Below are positions 49,617-58,551 of a stretch of DNA of 64,000 nucleotides, in pieces. The DNA comes from a virus: IMG/VR virus record IMGVR_UViG_3300005077_000003, positions 96,001 through 160,000 of that record; one strand, written 5' to 3'. The notes beneath the pieces are model-generated. The model had not been told where the DNA came from, did not search any database, and worked only from the letters and a program-made list of their open reading frames with translations. The first letter of the stretch is position 1, and each line of letters begins with the position of its first letter. Both the position numbers and the translations under genes were made by a program.

Positions 49617-50386
49617 TTGAACCTCCTAGCCCATACGCTTGGGGCGTTTTTCCAGTTATTAATAGGAATTTTTATAATAGGAATATAGTCTGGACTATTA
49701 TATTTAGTTCTAAATGCTGGTTCGTCCTCTTCGGTCTGTGCGTAATGAATAGGTGCATGATCTCCTGTGGTACCTGGCATATGGGTAATATCTAAAATAA
49801 CTTCATTAGTAAAAATTATCTTTGCAGCATCTTGTTGAGCTCTTATACTAAAGTCAACAAAGGCCATGGCAGTACCTTGAAATACAGAATCAAGTCCACC
49901 AAGTGATCTCATATATTCTGTTTTTATCATAGAGGTAGGAAGAAATACATAACTGTCATCTATGTTATGTGAAGATATGCCAGCATGAATATTTATATGG
50001 CATTCGTTGTAACTGTAAATACGAGCAGATTCATGTGCTACCATTCCTAAAATAAATTTAGGTTCTTGTTTTATAGTGTTTTCAAATATTGTTATGCATT
50101 GTGATAGTAAAGTTGGTCTAAATAATCCATCATCAGTAACATCTATTAAAATTTCTCCTTCTACCATCTCGAGTCCAATATTAAAACACCTTGTAGGAGA
50201 TCCAAAGTCCCTAACTAATTTTATGTTTTTATATTGCTCTAATTCTTGTGGTAACAAATAAGGAGATACTATAATAAGTTCAAATGAATTGTTTCCTATT
50301 GCATTTATTAATGATGTAAATACATTTACCCAATTTTGGGGCCTAATACCAGGCATTACAAATGAAACTTTAGGTTTATCATACAT
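49613..50386 (-). CDS. GT2-like glycosyltransferase, tandem paralogue 1
   Basis: SFVMPGIR, VTDDG, LGGLDSVF, NW...WARRF. Confidence 0.8.
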   Translation of the reverse strand: MYDKPKVSFVMPGIRPQNWVNVFTSLINAIGNNSFELIIVSPYLLPQELEQYKNIKLVRDFGSPTRCFNIGLEMVEGEILIDVTDDGLFRPTLLSQCITIFENTIKQEPKFILGMVAHESARIYSYNECHINIHAGISSHNIDDSYVFLPTSMIKTEYMRSLGGLDSVFQGTAMAFVDFSIRAQQDAAKIIFTNEVILDITHMPGTTGDHAPIHYAQTEEDEPAFRTKYNSPDYIPIIKIPINNWKNAPSVWARRFK

Positions 50387-51293
50387 TATTTAAAATCTTT
50401 GACCAGAACGGCACTGGTGAGTAGTCTTCTAAATACCTAAGAAGACCTGCGGCAGCTATCTTATTTCGTTCTTCCTCGTGCATTGTGTAATATTCAATTT
50501 TTTCTAAAAGATCTTTGGGAGTAGTATATTCTACATACTCTTTATCTACATGTAGCCTTTCTCTTGTAAAAGGATTCTCTCCTTCTAAAAGTAGACAGCC
50601 ACAAGCCAAAGATTCAAAGACTCTATTTTTTAGTTGCAATTTCCCTGATGGAGAACTTGGCATACCAATAGATATAGCAGATCTTCGTAATAATTTAGCG
50701 TACTCTTCTATTGGCATTTTAGATATTCTTTTGCCAGGAGAATACGTAACTGGAATCTTAGAAAGAGACAAGGCCTGAAGATAAGGTATTCTTTGAGAAT
50801 AAGTAGACCCCATAAAAGAAACTGGGATATCTTTTGCTTCAGGGTAGAATAAACTAGGACATTGCGGTGCCGGTAAAGAAAGTAGTCCACCCCTTGCTAA
50901 GTTAGTTAATTTTTCATCTGGAAAATCAAAGCACGTATGAAGATCTGCATACGGATTTGTGTCATTCACAACCTTATAAATCCAAGGCCATACAGTATCC
51001 TGCCATAAGAATATTTTCTTTCCACCTATCTTTGCTAAAGATCTTGTAGTAGGATTTGAGGGACAGTCTCCAATATAAGTAAAAGCGTAATAGTCTGGAT
51101 GACTTGTTCTTTCTAATAAAACGTCATCAATATGTTTACCATTTATGAAAGATTCATCTGGGTAAAGGCATTCAACAGAATCAAATAGTTTGCATGCTAT
51201 TGCTGATTTATAGTATGTTTGATATGTATCAGATAGCAACATAGCAGGGTTGCCATCACACCAACGTTCTGAAACTAATATTAGACTGGACAT
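50379..51293 (-). CDS. GT-B glycosyltransferase, CgeB/Glyco_trans_1_2-like
   Basis: VSFMGS...RIPYL, NRVFESLACGCLLL, EYVEY...DLLEKIEYY...ERNKIAAAG. Confidence 0.8.
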   Translation of the reverse strand: MSSLILVSERWCDGNPAMLLSDTYQTYYKSAIACKLFDSVECLYPDESFINGKHIDDVLLERTSHPDYYAFTYIGDCPSNPTTRSLAKIGGKKIFLWQDTVWPWIYKVVNDTNPYADLHTCFDFPDEKLTNLARGGLLSLPAPQCPSLFYPEAKDIPVSFMGSTYSQRIPYLQALSLSKIPVTYSPGKRISKMPIEEYAKLLRRSAISIGMPSSPSGKLQLKNRVFESLACGCLLLEGENPFTRERLHVDKEYVEYTTPKDLLEKIEYYTMHEEERNKIAAAGLLRYLEDYSPVPFWSKILNNV

Positions 51294-53107
51294 AATTCTA
51301 CTGAGTATTCATCTTCATTGCACAAATATCCACCAGTTTTATTTTGATACCATACTACATTTCTAAGCCATTCTTCTTCTGAATAGTTTGTTAATTTATT
51401 ATATAGCTTATTATCTATTATAATTGATCCCAATTTTATAGGAGATTTAAGTAAAAAAATATTTAGTTTTATACTATTATAAATAGTATTTTTATCAATA
51501 TGGGACCATGATTCAGTGAACAATTTTGTTGTCTCTTCAACAAAATTTTCAAGTCCTTCTTTGTTAGTAACAAGTTCTGTAAATAATTTTATAAATACAT
51601 ATTCGTCTATTGGCCACCAGATTCCAAGTTTTGTTCTGGATGCAACCATTCCTGGTTTACCATTTTGAATATTGACAGCACTATGTTTAAATCTATCTAT
51701 GATAGATTTTAGTGTTTTGTAATTGGAAGATACACCTTCTAAAACACTAAAAATATCAGCATAAGGAATACCATATTTATTATTTAATAAGTCAATTGGT
51801 TTTTGTAGCACCTTATCAAAGTAATAAAAACTTACAACCCAACAAAATACCCTGGTTGCTACCCAACTATCTGATTGCATAGTTGATGTAGATGTTACTA
51901 AGTTTTCATATTCAGGAATATATGTTCCTTTCTTTTTTATTGATGTATGAGCAGTAATTTGCTCTACCATAGTAGATACTATATTATATTTTTCCCTATA
52001 GCTTTGTTCTGATAATTCCGTATTTGGTAGTACTGATAAATTATTAAATTGTATTCTATTGCATTGTCCTGATTCTATAATAGAACATACACTATCTTTA
52101 AATGATCCATATGTTTCATTAGGAAGTCCTATAATAAAATCTGAGTATGTAAGAATACCATCAGAAGAAAATCTATGTTGTAATTCTCTATAAGATTCAG
52201 AAGATATATTATCACGTTTTATAGCCTGAAGTACACTAGGTGTGGTAGTTTGTAATGCTATATTTACTCCTTTATTTAGGCCAGCAGCAGACAATAAACT
52301 TTGTACTGCATAAACTTTCTCTGTAGAATTTTTGGCACTATCAAAAGATGTCGCCTTAGGAAAGCCAGTTCTTTCTTTTGTCTTAACAAGATATTGAGCT
52401 ATTTCTAAATCTCGCTTAAGCATTCCAAAGTTACCATCACAACAAAATATAAATTCAATTTTATTTTCTGCTATCCAATCTATTTCTGCTTTTACTCTGT
52501 CTAATTCAAACTTGTTTACTTTACTTGCAGTAGCAGATCCCCAGTTACAGTAAGTGCACTTAAAAGGACAACCGCGATTAGTTTCTAATAGAAAGAGCCA
52601 TTGATGGTCTGCCTCTTCCATAATTTTATCAAATACGCCAGTAAGATAAGGAGATGGAATAGTTTCTAAATCTGAAATGCGGGTAGAAGAATATGGCATT
52701 TCATCCTCTGAATCATTGATATAGGTATCTAAAATAGTAGTAAATACCTTTTCTCCTTCGCCAATGCATATAGCATCAACACATTTTATTTCTTTTGTTT
52801 CTTTAGTTATTTGCGGACCCCCGAAGATAGTAAAAATCTTAGGATTTAGTTTTTTTAGTTCGGTAGCAGTAGCAATAGAAATATTTATATTCCATACATA
52901 ACAACTAAATCCTACAATATCACATCGTGATAATTTTTTTACTATATCTTTTAGATCTTCATTTTTATATATATAGGGAATAAACTCAAATTTACTTGAG
53001 TCTTTAGAATGATGAATAAAATATGCCTCTAGTAACCCTATACTATATGGAAGATAGTTTGCACCGGCAAATTCATTATTAATCTGGACAAGGCCTACTG
53101 TATACAT
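51281..53107 (-). CDS. Cobalamin-binding radical SAM enzyme (608 aa)
   Basis: N-terminal B12-domain motifs (LPYSIGLL, VGFSCYVWN, IFGGPQ, GEGE) and ETNRGCPFKCTYC. Confidence 0.9.
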   Translation of the reverse strand: MYTVGLVQINNEFAGANYLPYSIGLLEAYFIHHSKDSSKFEFIPYIYKNEDLKDIVKKLSRCDIVGFSCYVWNINISIATATELKKLNPKIFTIFGGPQITKETKEIKCVDAICIGEGEKVFTTILDTYINDSEDEMPYSSTRISDLETIPSPYLTGVFDKIMEEADHQWLFLLETNRGCPFKCTYCNWGSATASKVNKFELDRVKAEIDWIAENKIEFIFCCDGNFGMLKRDLEIAQYLVKTKERTGFPKATSFDSAKNSTEKVYAVQSLLSAAGLNKGVNIALQTTTPSVLQAIKRDNISSESYRELQHRFSSDGILTYSDFIIGLPNETYGSFKDSVCSIIESGQCNRIQFNNLSVLPNTELSEQSYREKYNIVSTMVEQITAHTSIKKKGTYIPEYENLVTSTSTMQSDSWVATRVFCWVVSFYYFDKVLQKPIDLLNNKYGIPYADIFSVLEGVSSNYKTLKSIIDRFKHSAVNIQNGKPGMVASRTKLGIWWPIDEYVFIKLFTELVTNKEGLENFVEETTKLFTESWSHIDKNTIYNSIKLNIFLLKSPIKLGSIIIDNKLYNKLTNYSEEEWLRNVVWYQNKTGGYLCNEDEYSVELCPV

Positions 53108-53647
53108 TTATTTTTCGTTGTAGTAATCTCCATATTCTACTAGAATAGAAGAATTTCCATGAGTCGCAGCATAATATGCATTTCTATATGTACTAAATAT
53201 CTCTTCTGGCTCTTTTAGTTCATATATTTTTATATTATCACACATAGACCTAAATGCTTCTGAGTAATTACCTACGTGTTGGTGTTGTGGATGTATAGGT
53301 CTCTCTGAGCCTATACTTACTTTTATAATAACTCCTGGCATAAATGGCCTATCAGCCATTACTGGTATTTTATCTAAATGATTTACTATTTGATTTGTTG
53401 CTAGCAAAAGAAAGTTCCAGCGTGGATACACACTAATAGGTATCATTCCATCAAGAGCAAGTCCAATAGATAGCCCCATCTGGAACTCTTCGCATACGGG
53501 CATTTCTAATAATTTTTCTTTTGGAATATCAGCAAAAGTATTTGACATAGCAGTCCCTGGATATGCTACTGCCTGACCTAAGAAGATAACTTCTTTCTTT
53601 TCTGCAAGCCAATCCATGGTTCGCTTCATTTCATCAACATATTTCAT
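53108..53647 (-). CDS. TPP-dependent dehydrogenase E1 beta-like subunit, pyrimidine-binding domain only (179 aa)
   Basis: FLGQAV, LLEMPVCEEFQMGLSIGLAL, RWNFLLLATNQIVNHLDK. Confidence 0.85.
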   Translation of the reverse strand: MKYVDEMKRTMDWLAEKKEVIFLGQAVAYPGTAMSNTFADIPKEKLLEMPVCEEFQMGLSIGLALDGMIPISVYPRWNFLLLATNQIVNHLDKIPVMADRPFMPGVIIKVSIGSERPIHPQHQHVGNYSEAFRSMCDNIKIYELKEPEEIFSTYRNAYYAATHGNSSILVEYGDYYNEK

Positions 53648-54252
53648 TAGAATTGTACCCTCTTACCTGCGCCAGCATGGGGATATTTATTTTTATAATC
53701 ATAATATATTATATGTTTTAAGTCTTTATATGGGAGTTCTTTCATTCCCCAAGTATTCTTTGTGTCAGTGCAGACAGAGAGACCGTTATTTTCCACTATA
53801 AATGTTATAGGTAAATTAAAGTTTTCTACATATGTAATACACTCATGGAATTGTCCTGTCACATAAGCCATGTCACCTAGAAAACAATATACATGAGTAT
53901 CTGCACTTTTGCGCTTTATTGATAAAGCTACACCTGTAGCAATAGAAAGACAGCCTGTAACAATACCAGAAGAGAAGATATTATAGTTTGGATATTGTAA
54001 AGCAATAGATCTACCATTCAATATGTCTTTCTTGAGTTCTTCTGGAGGAACTCCTTTAAGAAGACATTGGTAGTGACTACGCCAGGTACAAAAAACCCAA
54101 TCTTGTTCACGTACTTTTTGAAAAATCTCAATCATCTTCTCTTCATTATTAGAGTAAAGATGGATTGGTGCTCTTATGTGAGCGGCATCAAATTCGGCGG
54201 CAATATCCGTCTCAAAATCTATTAGATCTTGTGCTGTTAGGTTTGTAATCAT
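53647..54252 (-). CDS. TPP-dependent dehydrogenase E1 alpha-like subunit, short (201 aa)
   Basis: IHL, DWVFCTWRSHY, GRSI, SSGIV, TPP motif GDM...ENN. Confidence 0.85.
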   Translation of the reverse strand: MITNLTAQDLIDFETDIAAEFDAAHIRAPIHLYSNNEEKMIEIFQKVREQDWVFCTWRSHYQCLLKGVPPEELKKDILNGRSIALQYPNYNIFSSGIVTGCLSIATGVALSIKRKSADTHVYCFLGDMAYVTGQFHECITYVENFNLPITFIVENNGLSVCTDTKNTWGMKELPYKDLKHIIYYDYKNKYPHAGAGKRVQF

Positions 54253-55739
54253 TATCTATTAGCGTAAGTTCTTTTTAAAGAATAAGACAGCATATCTTTT
54301 AACTCATCTGCTGCTCTAGGACCAAATTTCTTTGTCATCATATTAATATATCTTTCATCTGAATGATATGTGTTAAAAGCAAAGTCTCTGAATTTGAGTA
54401 TCTCTCCTGCAGATAAGAATTCAGTAGGAAGGTTAAACGTTTCTGCTGAATATTGAGAATATCCTACCCAACTTACTCCATTATTTTCTGGCAATAATTC
54501 TGGAGCACTAACAGAAATTTCTCTATGTAATCTTGATCCAGGGTATGCCATAGCAGAACAAAAACTTGCATACTCAGTATTTAGTTCTTGAGCTAAAGCC
54601 AATGTTTCTTTCATAGTATCTATATTTTCCCCAGGAAGACCAATAATATAATTACCTATTATACTTATATCATAGTATCTAATTTTATTTACTATATCCA
54701 CTATATCAACATCTTTGTATTGTCCTTTAGCACTTTCAAGACGTATATTCCTATTAGCAGACTCTATCCCAAGAGCAATCCAATTTACTCCCGCTCTCTT
54801 TAGAAGAGAAAGATATTCATCTTTTATAGTATCTATCCTTGCATAACACCATATATTAAATTTATGGCCTCTTTCTACAATAAGTTCACAGATACGAGCA
54901 AAGTGATTTGGGTTTAAAACAAACATTTCATCAGCTATTTTAAGATTAGTAATCCCCATTTCTGCTATTTTATCGAGTTCTGTTATTACAAATTCTGGAC
55001 TCCAGTATCTAATTCTTGGAGTACCAAATGGTGCATTTATCATACAGAACGAGCAGCTATATGGACAGCCTAAACTAGTATAAATGCTTGCAAATGGTTG
55101 GCGTTTATTATTATTTGTCCAACTTAACCAATTATTCGCCTTATATCTTGTAGATGGAAGCAGGTCCCAAGCTAATCCTGGTAGTTCCTCATCAAGATTT
55201 TTTATTAATTCTGCTGGTTTAGTAGATACAATATCTTTTGATTTAGAATAGTAATATAGTCCTGGAACTGTACTAAGTTGAGTTTCGTCAAACATATTTA
55301 CTTGAAGAAGCTTATCTAGTGTAAATAGGCCCTCTCCTTTAGCTACAAAAGCAGCTTTATCATCTAATATCGTTTTTTCTGGTAGAGCAGAAGGATGAGC
55401 TCCTACATATATAATTGGTATATTACTTCCAGATAAAGCTGCAGAAATATCCATTAGCCCTACCATATTAGGAGTAGATGCTTGAGGATTTTGTCCATAT
55501 GCGACAAGAGCAACAAGTCTAGGGTTAATGTTTACTATTTTTTTTGCTGCAGTTGTTGCTGAAATATTTTCTGCTTCTGTATCTAAAACACCAGCTCGAT
55601 GTCCTTTCTTTCTAAGGCCGTTTGCTAATAAAGATATCCATATTGGTGGCTCTATTGCAGAAAGCCTAGTACTCAGAGTTTGGTATATCTTTTTTGAACC
55701 ATTTGGATGAACAAGAAGTAAATCTATATTATTATTCAT
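54252..55739 (-). CDS. Cobalamin-binding radical SAM enzyme (class B methyltransferase-like, 495 aa)
   Basis: EPPIW, VGAHPSALP, GEG, TSLGCPYSCSFC, DEMF, LGIES, YIIGLPGE. Confidence 0.9.
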   Translation of the reverse strand: MNNNIDLLLVHPNGSKKIYQTLSTRLSAIEPPIWISLLANGLRKKGHRAGVLDTEAENISATTAAKKIVNINPRLVALVAYGQNPQASTPNMVGLMDISAALSGSNIPIIYVGAHPSALPEKTILDDKAAFVAKGEGLFTLDKLLQVNMFDETQLSTVPGLYYYSKSKDIVSTKPAELIKNLDEELPGLAWDLLPSTRYKANNWLSWTNNNKRQPFASIYTSLGCPYSCSFCMINAPFGTPRIRYWSPEFVITELDKIAEMGITNLKIADEMFVLNPNHFARICELIVERGHKFNIWCYARIDTIKDEYLSLLKRAGVNWIALGIESANRNIRLESAKGQYKDVDIVDIVNKIRYYDISIIGNYIIGLPGENIDTMKETLALAQELNTEYASFCSAMAYPGSRLHREISVSAPELLPENNGVSWVGYSQYSAETFNLPTEFLSAGEILKFRDFAFNTYHSDERYINMMTKKFGPRAADELKDMLSYSLKRTYANR

Positions 55740-56451
55740 ATTTAGTATCTTTTAAATTATTAAGTTTATTTGCAGCTTCTATAATGCTAGATACGCATTG
55801 TCTATAAATTGTTGACGGATGATTTGTTTTAATATTTACTCTACGTTCAATATATGTTGTATCTATTTGAGACTTACCTAGTATAAAGTGCATATGCTCA
55901 TTTATAAATGGTAGTCTTTTTCTTCTATTAATAAGTTTTGCTATATCATTAATATAGTTGTCACTATAGTCAAATTCAAAACATGGTAATGATATATAGC
56001 CTACTGTTTCTATCCATCTTTTGTGTATAATAGGATGACTTGCAAACCCTTCTTCATTTCCACCAGCAGTTCCTACTAAATCATCGCCTGATACTAACCA
56101 TAATTTATCTATCGAACTATCAAAAAAATCTATTATAATCTTATCCCAGCTGAGTGTTCTTTGTATTAGATCATCTCCGCATAAATATATTATATCTTCT
56201 TTAACATCTTGGTATAGTATATCAAGCATTGCTGAGAAGACTATTCTAGGTCGTACAATATAGTGAATTTGATCTGGAAAGCTTTCTTGAAGAGGTAATA
56301 CAGCTGTTAATGATAATAAGTCATCATCATCTATGTAAAGATATAATTTTAAATTAGATATATCATCAGCAGTATTAACTACTGATTGCCAAAATCTAAT
56401 TAGCTCATTAGGCCTATTTCTTATAGGCATCAGCATAGCTATCTTAGCCAT
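55732..56451 (-). CDS. GT2-like glycosyltransferase
   Basis: MLMPIRNRP, YLYIDDDD, LCGDDL, YSD. Confidence 0.75.
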   Translation of the reverse strand: MAKIAMLMPIRNRPNELIRFWQSVVNTADDISNLKLYLYIDDDDLLSLTAVLPLQESFPDQIHYIVRPRIVFSAMLDILYQDVKEDIIYLCGDDLIQRTLSWDKIIIDFFDSSIDKLWLVSGDDLVGTAGGNEEGFASHPIIHKRWIETVGYISLPCFEFDYSDNYINDIAKLINRRKRLPFINEHMHFILGKSQIDTTYIERRVNIKTNHPSTIYRQCVSSIIEAANKLNNLKDTKYE

Positions 56452-56453
56452 GA

Positions 56454-57398
56454 CTATATATTTGTATAAGAAGTAAGAGTTCTGCTAATAATTTCATAGC
56501 ATTTTAATAGTTCGGCTATTCCAGAATCCAAAGTATAAATTGGCTTCCATCCAAGTGATTCAATTTTTTTATTAGATACTATATAGTCTCTTTTATCGGG
56601 ATCAGTTGCAATATTATCTTTCTGTATAGAGAACTCTGGAATAAATTTTTTAATTCTTTCTGCAAGTTGCAATTTAGTTATGTTAGTATCAGATAATCCT
56701 ATATTATAAGTTTGACCCGACATTTTATCATAGTTTTTTATTGCAAACTTAAATGCCCTAGCTACATCTTTTACATGGATATAATTTCTATTAAATTCCC
56801 ATTCAAATAGTACAATATACTTGTCTCGCATAGCTTTTAATGTAAAGTCATTTACCAATAAGTCTATACGCATTCTAGGAGATGAACCAAATACTGTTGC
56901 AAGTCTAAAAGATACACCTCCAGTAGATAATATATGGTCTTCTGCCATACATTTTGTTTTTCCATAATGGCTAATTGGATTAAGGGGTGTTTCTTCTGTA
57001 CAAAATACACCCTTTTCTCCTACGCCATACCCGCTATTTGTATTAGGATATATAATTTTTGTTTCAGCCCGTTTATGTTCAAGGATAGCCTTAATATGAT
57101 TATAATTAACATCAAGAGCTAATTGCTTATCCCGCTCACAAGCTGGAAACCCGACTATAGCTGCTAAAGGTATGATTATATCAGCCTTGTTTACATAACT
57201 GAGCAATTTCTTGATATCACGAACATCTCCATATACAAATGTAAAATCTTCGTTATAACAAAGGTCCATAAATGGAGTTTGCTTATACATAAGATTGTCA
57301 TATACAATAACTTTATGTCCAGCATTAATTAGCTCATATGTGAGCGTAGAACCTAAATATCCAGCTCCACCAGTAATCAAAACCTTAAAACTCGACAT
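56454..57398 (-). CDS. NAD-dependent epimerase/dehydratase (extended SDR)
   Basis: ITGGAGYLGS, GDVRD, LAAIVG, YGKTK (YxxxK), FRLATVFG. Confidence 0.9.
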   Translation of the reverse strand: MSSFKVLITGGAGYLGSTLTYELINAGHKVIVYDNLMYKQTPFMDLCYNEDFTFVYGDVRDIKKLLSYVNKADIIIPLAAIVGFPACERDKQLALDVNYNHIKAILEHKRAETKIIYPNTNSGYGVGEKGVFCTEETPLNPISHYGKTKCMAEDHILSTGGVSFRLATVFGSSPRMRIDLLVNDFTLKAMRDKYIVLFEWEFNRNYIHVKDVARAFKFAIKNYDKMSGQTYNIGLSDTNITKLQLAERIKKFIPEFSIQKDNIATDPDKRDYIVSNKKIESLGWKPIYTLDSGIAELLKCYEIISRTLTSYTNI

Positions 57399-58152
57399 AA
57401 GTTACTCCTCTTTTTTGTATTACCTTTGTTGCGCATTCGTTTGCATATTTTATCGCAGCAATTATATCTAAATTTAATAGGTATTTTATAGTTAATGCCG
57501 CTAGGAATGTATCGCCTGCTCCTACACAGTCTTTCATTGGTACAGATGGAACGTGAAACTCTTCATTTTGATATATACATCCTTTATCCCCTCTAGTTAC
57601 AATTACATTATGAGCCAGTATTGGATTTAAATCAAACACATGTTTAGTATTATTATATTCACTTGTATTGAGTTTTATGAAGGTAATGTCATTACACCAT
57701 CTGCCCAAGATTTTTTTTGTGTCCAAGAATGTAATTGGATAATAAACAGCTATTTTTGATATATCAGATTCTGTTAAAAATCCTTTGCAGTAATCTGATA
57801 TTATAACAGCCTTAGCATTTGGATAGCTATCAAATAGCTTATTAATATCACAGTGTTCTACTTTATCATCACCCTCATCTACTCTTAGCAACATACTATT
57901 AGTACGTTCTTCTACATACCTGGTCTTTGATATCTCTTTCCAATTATCATTAGTAATAATACCAGGTTTAGTATTTATATTGTTTATTTTTAGCAATGAC
58001 TCTAGATTTAATAAAGTATTCATAGCCATACCTGGATTGCTTTTCTGGCTAACTTTATTAAATACTAATGCTGGAGCTTCTGGGGCAATTCTATTACATG
58101 GTCCATAGATAAAATTATCTATACAACTTTCTCCAATGACAACTATTTCCAT
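57385..58152 (-). CDS. PfkB-family sugar kinase resembling the HldE/RfaE heptose-7-phosphate kinase domain
   Basis: VIGESCID...RIAPEAPALV, ISDYCKG, VTRGDKG, DCVGAGDTF. Confidence 0.82.
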   Translation of the reverse strand: MEIVVIGESCIDNFIYGPCNRIAPEAPALVFNKVSQKSNPGMAMNTLLNLESLLKINNINTKPGIITNDNWKEISKTRYVEERTNSMLLRVDEGDDKVEHCDINKLFDSYPNAKAVIISDYCKGFLTESDISKIAVYYPITFLDTKKILGRWCNDITFIKLNTSEYNNTKHVFDLNPILAHNVIVTRGDKGCIYQNEEFHVPSVPMKDCVGAGDTFLAALTIKYLLNLDIIAAIKYANECATKVIQKRGVTYVEF

Positions 58153-58156
58153 TTTA

Positions 58157-58546
58157 TTACCAACTTATTTCCCAATCTTTGAATTCACTAGCTAAACAAT
58201 CAACTTTGTAGTCTTTACGCCCACCAATTGATTCTTGTATAATATTTTTCGCAGTATTTCTTATGCCATTAAGGCCATGTGTTAGTTTTAGGTTTCCATC
58301 GGAAAGCCCTTTTCTAACATTAGACTCATTATGCCATATATGTAAATTCATTTGCGACAAAACTATTATCGCACGAATCATTTCTGATTGTATACCTAGT
58401 AGTTCTAAATCATGTAGTATATCTTTTATTTCCTGTGCATATTCTTCTTTATGCTCAGGAATAAAGACTTCTTTTAATTGTAAGATAGATAACCTATCTA
58501 TCAATTCTGAAACAGTTGGTAAATATTTTCTTTTGTTTTCATCCAT
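58157..58546 (-). CDS. Hypothetical helical protein in the sugar cluster (about 129 aa)
   Basis: KYLPTVSELIDRLSILQLKE...; start reassigned to the ATG just after the upstream stop. Confidence 0.65.
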   Translation of the reverse strand: MDENKRKYLPTVSELIDRLSILQLKEVFIPEHKEEYAQEIKDILHDLELLGIQSEMIRAIIVLSQMNLHIWHNESNVRKGLSDGNLKLTHGLNGIRNTAKNIIQESIGGRKDYKVDCLASEFKDWEISW

Positions 58547-58551
58547 AATAT

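Noticed and set aside
53108-54252. Auxiliary pyruvate dehydrogenase for central metabolism
   Set aside because: Both subunits are much shorter than true E1, there is no E2 or E3, and the context is purely sugar biosynthesis.
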